From NCBI RefSeq assembly GCF_036971445.1, contig NC_091482.1, positions 10,292,001-10,356,000 on the forward strand: DNA of 64,000 nt. Direction: 5' to 3'. Origin of the DNA: Narcine bancroftii (lineage: Eukaryota). A model generated the notes under the pieces. It saw only the letters and a program-made list of their open reading frames with translations. It was not told where the DNA came from and did not search any database. Both the position numbers and the translations under genes were made by a program. This document shows positions 37,696 to 49,188 of the stretch, piece after piece; position 1 is the stretch's first letter; each line of letters starts with the position of its first letter.

Positions 37696-40600
37696 CTGAA
37701 AAAAAAAAATAATTGACATACAAACACGAGTAGCCACTCGACCCCGATCAGTCCGTGAAAAAGTGGCTCACGAAACTGCCCTCTATTTTACATCCCCGAC
37801 CACCTCCAATAAAGATTCATCTAATGAATATTGTTGCCAACATATTTAAATATTCTGCCATCACTCTCCTTTGAGTGGCCCAAAGACTTTAGACTCCCAA
37901 AACTAAATAGATGATCCTTATGTTGAAAGACAAAGCTTTGGCTATATTTGGCTATATTTTCACCCCCCCCCCCACCCCCCACCCCACACAGTAAGCTCCA
38001 GGTGCCTTTGATCAAATAAATCTCTTCATCTCAAGTTGCAAAGCCTCAAGTAATCACAATATCTCCATACCCCATTTTGACAATTTGTAGATCCTGAGGT
38101 AATGAAGGCTTTGTTTGTCATCTCGGTTCACTACCAGGTTCAAGAGGACTGCAAAATTAATCACCTTTTCCATCCAAAGATGTGATCAGAATTCCTCTAT
38201 TCTGCCTTCAAAGAGTAGTGACACATAACTAAGAACTTTTGAAATATAGAAACAAGATGCAAGGTGATCAAATGCTCAGAGGTCATGCCAGTATCACAGG
38301 CGAAGGTTACCAACTAATCAAGGACAAAAAGTATTTTTTGTTGGGTTAATTACAATGGAATATCTTGTGACAGCAGAAATTGTGTTACAACATTGCAAGT
38401 GAGAACTGAAAATCAAGAGGTTTGACACATACTCTATATGTACAAATATCGCTGTACTTGAGGCACGAGACAGTCCCTTGGAGCAGAACTAATGGCTTTG
38501 CAGGGCCTCTTGCTGCAATGGGATACTCAAGCTTTGCAAAGCAATAAAGGTGTTTGACATGGAACAGCACAGTACGGGGCCCTTTGGCCTTTGATATTAT
38601 GCTGATCCATGTATTCTTTCCTTTAAAAAAAGTACTAACCCCTCCCTACCCCATAACCCTCTTTTTCTTTCATCCATGTTTCTAAGAGTCCAGTGTTTCA
38701 GCCTCCACCACCATCCCCTGCAAGGTATTTCCAGGCACCCACAATTCTATATGTAAAAAAAAAAATTACGCCAGATTTCTCCCCTATTTACGCTGGTCCT
38801 GAAAATGCATTTACAAGTCCAGCGAGAGAATCGACTGCAGCTTTATGACCAGGCTTCCAAAATGGCTATTTGAAGTGGATATTGCAATGAAGGCTGGAAC
38901 ATAGCTGGCCTCCCACCCAATATTCTGGGCATTCCCAGTGCTCTGAACGCCCACTGGCTCGCACATTCAAAACCAGGAACAAGCAGCAAACGGCGCAAGT
39001 GTGAAGTGCAGCATTCACCAAAAGGGATAACAAATAATTTTATTTGTACATCTTGGTCACCTGCTAGTCCAGATCCATATTGAAGTTCGGTCCACCTTGG
39101 GACATCAGATGCATTCTGTAGAATCACAAACTTACGTTTTAATGTAGCTAAACTGGATCAATTTACTCCCTTCTCCTGCCTCAAGGTTTTGGGACATTAA
39201 CACCTAAGAAAACCCATTTCATCTGAAGATCTGGTTCTACCAGAAGTCAAAAAGCTGCTTAAAATAAGACACGGCATGAGTTAAGCATATACATATTGGT
39301 GTCTTGGTGAAGATGTCCATCTATTTTCCACCTTTTACTCTTCTTATATTGAGTTTCTAAAAGAATGTGAAGTGTCTGAGGGTTTATTTCAGAGACCCCA
39401 TTACTGATAGCCATCCTCTACTCATGGTTGCGTTCTAAGGTCCAAGTACAGGTCATGTAACATTGCGGTCACAAGGGGATACTGGGAGAACCAGCAAAGT
39501 TTTTACATTTCCTGGGATCAGAATTAATGTTTCCCTTCAACTCATCTTAGAATCCACCAATCACAGGGAAGGGCACTGGATGAACAACCCAGAAGGTTTA
39601 GAAGCTTGAAGCAAAAGGTTCAGACAACAGAATAAGAGGGAGGAACAGGATCGCAAGGAAAGGTGACAGGCTAGAGCTGCTAGCATTAGGACAAGCGCTG
39701 AGATACGAGCTGGGTTTGGTCCCACTGGGCTCTGGTTTTGCTAACTTTCCTTCCATTAATGGGCAGAGTGATGGAGTACTCCCTATTTGGGAGGCTTCAG
39801 GTTCACACAAATCATCTTTCGTACAACCACCATTATAGCCACAACAAGCCCCCGGTTTTCAACAAGGAGCATCTCAGCACAAGGCCATTAAACAGTATGT
39901 ACATTTAGTGGGAAGATTGTACCAGTCTGTCACAGCTCAAAATTGATATGCCAAATAGCCTTTCTAGATCCATTTCATATCCCTTGTTCCAAAGGAGATG
40001 GTATAGTTAATGCCAAGAACAATTTCAGCCATTCCATTTTCAACAAGCAATAAAAACACAACTCCATTGTGTTTACAGCTAAACCCAATTGATTAAATTC
40101 TTTAAAGCATAATTACTAGTTTGTTGCTTTTCATTCCTGACAACAGACAATTAACTGTAATTCAAAAGCAGTTTCCTCCCCCCCAACCAAGATAAACACA
40201 CCAGCAAGCCTCAAGTTTCCCCTTAATTATCAAACTTGCTATTTATCTATCAGTAAAACTGTCAGCCTGTGATATTAGTCATCTGCTGTGCTGCTGGCTG
40301 TTTCTGCAGGTCAGTAATTGAGTCATTTGAACTGCTTTTTCTGTTTGCTGTTCTCTGGGCCAAGAGGAGCCAGTTTTAAGTTCCCATCCAATAAACCCAT
40401 TAAAGGATCCCCAAGGAAACGATCAGCTGAAGACACTGAAGGAGCATTGATAACTCTCTGCTGCACCATCACGCAAAATCCAGGTGAAGACCTCCTCAGA
40501 GAGCATCCACAAGTCCTTCCTCAATGCGACACAAACTGTGCAAGCCATCAGGAAGATGCAAAGTCATTTCCTCCCTTCTATCAATTTCTCCAAGTCTGTG

Positions 40601-41764
40601 TGATCAATGTTGCAATTGTCATCTTCGACCCATTTTAAATTAGTTATCCATTTCCAACTTTGCTCCCGAATATTAGAGGATGCAATGAACTTGGGTTTTA
40701 AACTGCTCTCCAATTCAGAGCAGGATGGGAGCATCTGTGGAAACTAACGTCAGGTGAATAACCCTTCAGAAATGGAAGGGAGAAAGCAAGTGATTGACAT
40801 TGTCCCCGTCTCCACTCCTTTCAAACAAAGAAAGAATGTTGTTAACAGTGTACGCATCACCTGGACAAACTCAGAACTGAGCCGGTGTTGTCAGTGGAAC
40901 CTGGATATTTGAGCTGGGGATACTGAGTCATTCCACTGGAAGGCTTTGCTCTCCCCAAGCATTTAAATGACTTACTGTACATATCATCTTATACAGGATC
41001 ACTCGGAGCCCCAGCTCCAGGAAACAGTCAAGTGACCTCCTGGTAATAAGATAGGGAGGTTTGGGAGGGGGGGGGGGGGGAATTGTTGGCCTCAATCTTG
41101 GGAGCTGTCAGATGGTAGCCCCTCTTCAAGGGGGTAAATAAATTTTACACAAGTCCTACATTAACTGTGTTTAATAAAGATCGACAAATTGAAAACCAAA
41201 CAAAAATAAAAAGCAAGATCTGCATTAAGACCACCCACTTAAAGTAGCCCACAACCATGCCACACCCCTAGATGGTGAGAGCAGGACCTGGTTCAGGTCA
41301 GGGCACGTCTACGAGCATGATTGGGTACAAGTTGGGTCAGGCAAAGTAGCAGAGATCGATACAAGAACCATACCCCTCCAATGGTACTGGATCGAGAAAT
41401 TCCCTAGTCGACTGCAGCAGTTTACATGCTGTTAAACACCCCAGTAAAACACCAGCCCCACACAATTCTTCAATTCTCTGTGCTTCCTTTCCACCCAACT
41501 GCCCAGAAGGTGGTCAGCAAAGATGTGGTGGACACAAGGTTTGACAGAGGTAATATTTGACAAAGAACAAAAAACAGAACGTCAAGATGTTATGGGGGGG
41601 AGAAGGGAACCAGAGTGAGAGGAAGAACTCAACCTTGTGGAAAAAGTAAATAAAACTGCCCCAGTCCAACCAATTCACAAAAAGGTCAGAAAATAATCAG
41701 TTATTTCCTGACATGATTTTATTAACAGACTCTAATTATTGATATTTCAAAATAGCTACCCATT

Positions 41765-43172
41765 CTTTTCTTTGGCTTGGCTTCGCGGACGAAGATTTAT
41801 GGAGGGGGTAAAAAGTCCATGTCAGCTGCAGACTCGTTTGTGGCTGACAAGTCCGATGCGGGACAGGCAGACACGATTGCAGCGGTTGCAGGGGAAAATT
41901 GGTTGGTTGGGGATGGGTGTTGGGTTTTTCCTCCTTTGCCTTTTGTCAGTGAGGTAGGCTCTGCGGTCTTCTTCAAAGGAGGTTGCTGCCCACCAAACTG
42001 TGAGGCGCCAAGATGCACGGTTTGAGGCGATATCAGCCCACTGGCGGTGGTCAATGTGGCAGGCACCAAGAGATTTCTTTAGGCAGTCCTTGTACCTTTT
42101 CTTTGGTGCACCTCTGTCACGGTGGCCAGTGGAGAGCTCGCCATATAACACGATCTTGGGAAGGCGATGGTCCTCCATTCTGGAGACGTGACCCATCCAG
42201 CGCAGCTGGATCTTCAGCAGCGTGGACTCGATGCTGTCGACCTCTGCCATCTCGAGTACTTCGACGTTAGGGATGTAAGCGCTCCAATGAATGTTGAGGA
42301 TGGAGCGGAGACAACGCTGGTGGAAGCGTTCTAGGAGCCGTAGGTGGTGCCGGTAGAGGACCCATGATTCGGAGCCGAACAGGAGTGTGGGTATGACAAC
42401 GGCTCTGTATACGCTTATCTTTGTGAGGTTTTTCAGTTGGTTGTTTTTCCAGACTCTTTTGTGTAGTCTTCCAAAGGCGCTATTTGCCTTGGCGAGTCTG
42501 TTGTCTATCTCATTGTCGATCCTTGCATCTGATGAAATGGTGCAGCCGAGATAGGTAAACTGGTTGACCGTTTTGAGTTTTGTGTGCCCGATGGAGATGT
42601 GGGGGGGCTGGTAATCATGGTGGGGAGCTGGCTGATGGAGGACCTCAGTTTTCTTCAGGCTGACTTCCAGGCCAAACATTTTGGCAGTTTCCGCAAAGCA
42701 GGACGTCAAGCGCTGAAGAACTGGCTCTGAATGGGCAACTAAAGCGGCATCGTCTGCAAAGAGTAGTTCACGGACAAGTTTCTCTTGTGTCTTGGTGTGA
42801 GCTTGCAGGCGCCTCAGATTGAAGAGACTGCCATCCGTGCGGTACCGGATGTAAACAGCGTCTTCATTGTTGGGGTCTTTCATGGCTTGGTTCAGCATCA
42901 TGCTGAAGAAGATTGAAAAGAGGGTTGGTGCCAGAACACAGCCTTGCTTCACGCCATTGTTAATGGAGAAGGGTTCAGAGAGCTCATTGCTGTATCTGAC
43001 CCGACCTTGTTGGTTTTCGTGCAGTTGGATAATCATGTTGAGGAACTTTGGGGGACATCCAATGCGCTCCAAGAAAAATGCAGAGAACAAAACAAAGGAC
43101 TCTACATCACCTTTGTTGACCTCACCAAAGCCTTCGACACCGTGAGCAGGAAAGGGCTTTGGCAAATACTAG
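41765..43172 (-). mobile_element. RTE-clade LINE, 5'-truncated, with an inverted 5' segment and TSD
   Basis: Open RT (GVKQGCVLAP, LFADD) and C-terminal CxxC...H...C; short-repeat tail; 43067-43172 inverted (FVDLTKAFD on the plus strand); flanks tagctacccatt at 41753-41764 and 43170-43181. Confidence 0.95.
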
Positions 43173-43779
43173 CTACCCATTACCGTCACAAAATAAAACC
43201 ATTACATTTTAATCTTTCAAATTATCCAAATTTCTGAGGGATTCCAAGAGGGAAAAAAATGACTAAACTCCCCAGCATCATCACAATGGGCATTTAAATG
43301 AGGCACCCCTCTCACCCTAATGAAGCTGGGTTCCCAGAGAGGAAGGAAAACCCATTCATGTCATCTCAGATTCATAGTTTAAATTTCCCCTTGATGGCAA
43401 ACAGTTTCAGTCGCACCTTGGAGGCTTCCTTCGCAAGCCTTCAAGCTTTGTTGTTCTATAGTCCAGTTATGGCTCCCAACAGGGCTCTGCTCAAGTTTAC
43501 AGGCCTTATCCGCCCCCCCCCCCAACGAGTTGCGGCCCTCAGGGTGGGTGGGGCATATATTGAAAATGGCTGCTTTTGAACTCATGGCTATTAACTGCCT
43601 CAAACATGCAATGAATCCAGTTTATCCCAGTATGGAAATCGCACTTTGCGGACTTTTATCTGGATTAGATAAAATATTGTTGAGGATCAACACAAAACAA
43701 CCAATTTTCCAAAATTTACAACAACTGGACAAGGAAGGGGCAGTGAATGTTCTGCAGAAATTTCTGACTCCAGCAGGAT

Positions 43780-44136
43780 TATAAAACACCTTCAGACAGC
43801 TGTTAACTCGGCCTGCGACATCAAGGACATCGACAAGAGGTGGTGTCTTTAAAAAGCAGCCTTTGTCCTGAAGGATCCCCACCACCCAAGCCATGCCCTC
43901 TTCATTGGGGAGGAGGTACAAGAGCCTAAAGACGAGCACCAAGCAAAGCGGCACAAGGACAGCTTCTTCCCCTCGGTCATAAGATTCCTGAATGAACAAT
44001 GAACCACAGACACTACTTCATCTTATCCTATTTTTTTTAAAATTTATTTTGGAAATGTAATTTATAGCAATGTTTGCACAGTTACGCCACCAAACAAACA
44101 ACAAATGTCGTAGCATGTTCATGACAATAAATTCTG
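43780..44136 (+). mobile_element. Rex1/Babar-type LINE 3' fragment, decayed
   Basis: Broken reading KKAA...KDP.HP.HALF..GRRYKSLKT.T...SFFP..IRFLN, then a 3' UTR with AATAAA. Confidence 0.65.
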
Positions 44137-44278
44137 AAAGGCATTGCACACTTCCTATTTCTGACGAGGTGTAGCATGTAATTCAGAGCACAAAGGCACT
44201 CGAGGCCTGGTCAGCTCAGCTTCACTGCAGCAATAAAACACATTGTCATTGGGCTGAAATATCAAACACGTCCAAGGG

Positions 44279-44506
44279 TGTAGAGCTCGTCGAAAGAATC
44301 AAAGACTTGTTGATCCAAACCAAGGCTTTTATTAGCAAAAGACAGCTCTTCACAGGTGGCCCACCAGTCCAAAATGATCCGACCTGGCTAGGGACACAAC
44401 CCTTTAAGGCCCAAGCAGTAGGCGTGGCTTAGCTCTCAGCCAATCGCTATAAGCACAGTCTAGATACTGTAACTATATACATTGGTGATCGATCTATACT
44501 ATCACA
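44279..44506 (-). mobile_element. Probable solo LTR (228 bp)
   Basis: TG...CA termini, minus-strand AATAAA at 44328-44333, CCAAT and TATA-like motifs, flanks aaggg/aagag. Confidence 0.55.
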
Positions 44507-44754
44507 AAGAGCAAATGCAAAAGCATCAAAACCTTTGATTCCCATTAAGTTAACCGTGCAGGTGTACTAGTGCACCTACCCGTTCCACTCATTAACTAGC
44601 TTGAAGATGCATGTTGGACCAAGTCATTTATTTAAAGCCTTCCAAATGAGAGCTATCCAATAAAGCAGAGAGCTCAGGAAAAGCTTTCATTTCAACCAGT
44701 GGATGGCTGGAATCTAGAACTCATTGCCCGAGAGAGATCAGTATTTAAGTACTG

Positions 44755-45305
44755 CAGGTATGCGCCGCTTAATGTCCACGATACATTCTGTGAAACTGGG
44801 CATTATGCGATGTGGAGGTTGTGCAGACACCATATATACTATATGGGATACTGAGCTTATGCCAAATTAAACTAATTTTTTTTTCACTTTTTATATAAAC
44901 ACTATTAGCTTGTTATCATACACAACTTCAGAAAGAGGATCAGGATCATCTACTTCACTGTCCTCAATCTTCCACTGGAAGAGATTCGGGTCGAATAACC
45001 TCCATTGATGAACTGTCACTCTGTAAGGCCTGAAGGACCTGGCTGAGGCTCTTCTAGGGGAGGTGTTGCCTTCCTCAGGAATATGTCCAGAGTTGTTTGA
45101 CTCGTTTGCTTTCTCTTTCTTCATAAATTTCTTTATTTGCAGCAAACACTGCAGGAGGATTCCTCTCTATCAGTGAAAAGCGTACGAGCAGTTCCATCCT
45201 GTTTTCCGATCAGGACTTCTAACTCTATTGTAACCTTAGGGGACCATGGACGTCTACGCAGTCAGACATTGTCTGAACAGACATTCAGCAGTGCGCGCGT
45301 ACCTG
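44755..45305 (-). mobile_element. Tigger/pogo-type non-autonomous DNA transposon
   Basis: Ends caggtatgcgccgctt and gcgcgcgtacctg|ta resemble Tigger3/MER7 termini; internal acidic transposase-tail-like remnant (DDPDP). Confidence 0.65.
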
Positions 45306-45749
45306 TACTGAAAGATTAGTACATGTGAGTAGGTATGGTAGTTGGCACAGACATGGAGGACTCAAGGGTGTGTTTCTGTGCTGTGTGACTATTGATTCAG
45401 TCTGTAAACAGGCAGCGGCCAGAGAAATTAGCCTCTGCCTTCAAGGGGAATGGTCATGAGCAAGAAACAATCACTTTCCATCTTTCACTAGTATCCTGTT
45501 ACCTCTGTACAGTGGAAATGTACAATTCAATAGGAATTCTGTCAATACAAATCAGAACCCACCCATCAAAAAATACACACAGGTTTCAATAAGAGTTATT
45601 TGGACAAACACCCATGCAATTCTAGTCTAGAATGACAAACCTATAGCCAATCAAAAGAGGACAATACAAAATGCCCAGGGTCATTTCAAGCCAATCACCC
45701 CTTCAAAGTTTTGGGGCTTTTGTTTGGCGACCCAAATGACTTACAAAGG

Positions 45750-46854
45750 TTGGCGAAAGAAGTTGAAGCTTTTGGCGAAAGAAGTTGAAGCTTTTGGCGA
45801 AAGAAGTTGAAGCTTTTGGCGAAAGAAGTTGAAGCTTTTGGCGAAAGAAGTTGAAGCTTTTGGCGAAAGAAGTTGAAGCTTTTGGCGAAAGAAGTTGAAG
45901 CTTTTGGCGAAAGAAGTTGAAGCTTTTGGCGAAAGAAGTTGAAGCTTTTGGCGAAAGAAGTTGAAGCTTTTGGCGAAAGAAGTTGAAGCTTTTGGCGAAA
46001 GAAGTTGAAGCTTTTGGCGAAAGAAGTTGAAGCTTTTGGCGAAAGAAGTTGAAGCTTTTGGCGAAAGAAGTTGAAGCTTTTGGCGAAAGAAGTTGAAGCT
46101 TTTGGCGAAAGAAGTTGAAGCTTTTGGCGAAAGAAGTTGAAGCTTTTGGCGAAAGAAGTTGAAGCTTTTGGCGAAAGAAGTTGAAGCTTTTGGCGAAAGA
46201 AGTTGAAGCTTTTGGCGAAAGAAGTTGAAGCTTTTGGCGAAAGAAGTTGAAGCTTTTGGCGAAAGAAGTTGAAGCTTTTGGCGAAAGAAGTTGAAGCTTT
46301 TGGCGAAAGAAGTTGAAGCTTTTGGCGAAAGAAGTTGAAGCTTTTGGCGAAAGAAGTTGAAGCTTTTGGCGAAAGAAGTTGAAGCTTTTGGCGAAAGAAG
46401 TTGAAGCTTTTGGCGAAAGAAGTTGAAGCTTTTGGCGAAAGAAGTTGAAGCTTTTGGCGAAAGAAGTTGAAGCTTTTGGCGAAAGAAGTTGAAGCTTTTG
46501 GCGAAAGAAGTTGAAGCTTTTGGCGAAAGAAGTTGAAGCTTTTGGCGAAAGAAGTTGAAGCTTTTGGCGAAAGAAGTTGAAGCTTTTGGCGAAAGAAGTT
46601 GAAGCTTTTGGCGAAAGAAGTTGAAGCTTTTGGCGAAAGAAGTTGAAGCTTTTGGCGAAAGAAGTTGAAGCTTTTGGCGAAAGAAGTTGAAGCTTTTGGC
46701 GAAAGAAGTTGAAGCTTTTGGCGAAAGAAGTTGAAGCTTTTGGCGAAAGAAGTTGAAGCTTTTGGCGAAAGAAGTTGAAGCTTTTGGCGAAAGAAGTTGA
46801 AGCTTTTGGCGAAAGAAGTTGAAGCTTTTGGCGAAAGAAGTTGAAGCTTTTGGC
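45750..46854. repeat. 22-bp minisatellite TTGGCGAAAGAAGTTGAAGCTT, 50 copies plus 5 bp
   Basis: (46850-45750)/22 = 50; no variant unit seen; translations are perfectly periodic. Confidence 0.98.
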
Positions 46855-47839
46855 TCTGGCACAAAAAACTAAAGCACTCATGTATCTTCTTACCTTCCAG
46901 GGAGAAGATGATGTGTCAGATATGAAAGCAAATCGGTATGGTGCATTGGTAAGAGTGTGGCTGACAAATGTTAGAAAAATAACGGTATATACCACAAGAA
47001 ATTTAGGTAACAGTCACTACTTCTCAAAGTAATGCAATTTCTTCAACAAAATAATCACCTGGCAAACCATGAAAATGGAAGTGTGACCAGACATTTGCTC
47101 AAATTATTTCATCTGGTGCAGCTGGTGGAGGGGAGGGGGAAGGTTGCTTCAAGGAGTCTAGTCCACTGAGCCACAATTGTGGGTTGTAATGATTGGGAAC
47201 TGGACTCAGTTTGGCCTTTAGCTTATTAGACAGAAGCAGGATGCGTTGCTGTAGGAGTTTAGGAAGAGGGAGGGTCCAGTTCTTCCTGCCCCATCTGCCT
47301 CAGGAGCTGGACCAAGTGTCGAGGCAAGGTCACACACAAGGAGCTCCAGTTAGAATGAGAGCAAACATCAAAATCAAGATCAATTCCAGATGAGCAATCT
47401 CCACAGCTGAACCAGCACACGAGACAACTTCTAATCGTCTGCAAAATTAACTTGGCAGACAGTTCCTGCAAAAGCACACACCCAACACGCGCAGCTGGAC
47501 CAACACAAAAATCAAGAACCAGTTGTGCCATCAACCTCTCCCTACTGCTTTGATTAAACATGCTAAATAAATCCCCATCACTGAGGAAGCAAATTCATCA
47601 GAAACTGCAAATTGCCCTGCAGACTCCAAAGAAAAGTGCTTTTCCAACCATCATGCACCAGGATCAGTAAAGCACTGAGCACTGTGTGCAGTGTTTGAAC
47701 AAATCAATATTCATCTTTTCTAGTCTCATCATAAAAGGGTTCAAAATGGTGCCAGTTTATTTCAACTTGAGAGGTGGACATGTTTTGTACCATCACTCAC
47801 ATGGACATGCCACTTCCTCAATCTCACTTCACGAATTGA

Positions 47840-48035
47840 GGAGCGGTATGGTTAGCGCACTATTATTACAGCGCCAACGACCCGGGTTCAAATCCAGCAC
47901 TGTCCACCCGTGTCTGCACGGGTTTCCTCTAGGAGCTCCAGTTTCCTCCCACCCTCCAAAACATACAGGGGTTGTGGATCAATTGGGTGTAGTTGGGAGG
48001 CACAGGCTCATGGGCCTGTTAACATGCTGCCTAAC
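47840..48035 (+). mobile_element. V-SINE-type SINE
   Basis: ggttagcgc head, gggttcaaatcc B-box and V-domain core. Confidence 0.65.
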
Positions 48036-49188
48036 TAAATTTTTAAAAAATTAATTCCCTGATCTGGAGGGGCACAGATACTGCACAGGAAGTTCTTCAA
48101 ACCACCGAGTCTGTGGCAACCATCAGCACTCACGTCCACTGTTCCCGCTAAGCGGTGCGCGTGTCCGCACAGATGTTGCTCACAGTACACAAAGGAAATG
48201 AACGTACGTACAAAAGGTTAGTCACTTAAAATAATGTAGCAATTAATAATTATTGAAAATAATATCTTGGCTAACGGTTTCTGTTCAAAGTATAGAATAA
48301 AATCTTAACTAAATAGATTTCTTCATAGAATGCAATTCTATTTATATTAAAATAGGACAATACAGTTTTATCAGCCATGAGATAAGGTGGGCCAAAATTA
48401 TCTTAATTTCAAGTTTACATTTGCACAAGCATTCAGTGCTAACATACTTTTGTCACAGGAAGAAAACTACACAAGATTTCACGCACTGGCTACTAAACAT
48501 TAGAGGGAACATTGCTCATGTCCACCAATCCTACACTGATCTTTTTTTTTTAAAAAAAAACTCTCCCTGCATTCCTAACTTTTTCCCCAGGTTTTACTCT
48601 TCACCTGCACTCTCAGGGTAATTTTGTGAGCAATTAACCTGCCCTCCCACACATTTTCTGGGGACGTGGAAAGAAAGTGGAGGAACCGGAAGAACCCAAC
48701 ACAGCGACAGAGAGATTACGCAAACTTCACGAAGACCGATCCCAAGATCGCACCAGCTTTACTTAATATCCAGCAACTCCCTGTTCGATTCTGTCTGTAC
48801 AGATTTGAAGCAAAGAGATATCTCCAATTGTCTCACCCAGCTGTAAGCAAATACATTCAGCTCTCCTTAACCCATATTTGCAACTTCTATTGGCCCTGGT
48901 ACCTCCAGGGTTCCCATCCTGGAAAGGCTGCACATACACACATGCAGTTTAACCTCTCCAGAGGCAAATTTAACAACAAAAAATTAAAAACGTACAACAA
49001 AAGGCATCAAGTTCAACAGAAACTCAAGGCTTTTTTCCTCCTCTTAAAAAATAAAAAAGTTTAACAACTCAGCACAAAACTTCAATTTGGAATTACCTTC
49101 AACATGGAAGCTGGACTTCCAGATGGTGGGGAAATGACCTGGGAGAAAGGTTATTTGGCAAAGCATCATTAACAGGAGATTGCATCCT

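Noticed and set aside
45695-46995. 373-430 aa ORFs on the minus strand
   Set aside because: 22-bp unit is not a multiple of 3; the same peptide appears in all frames.
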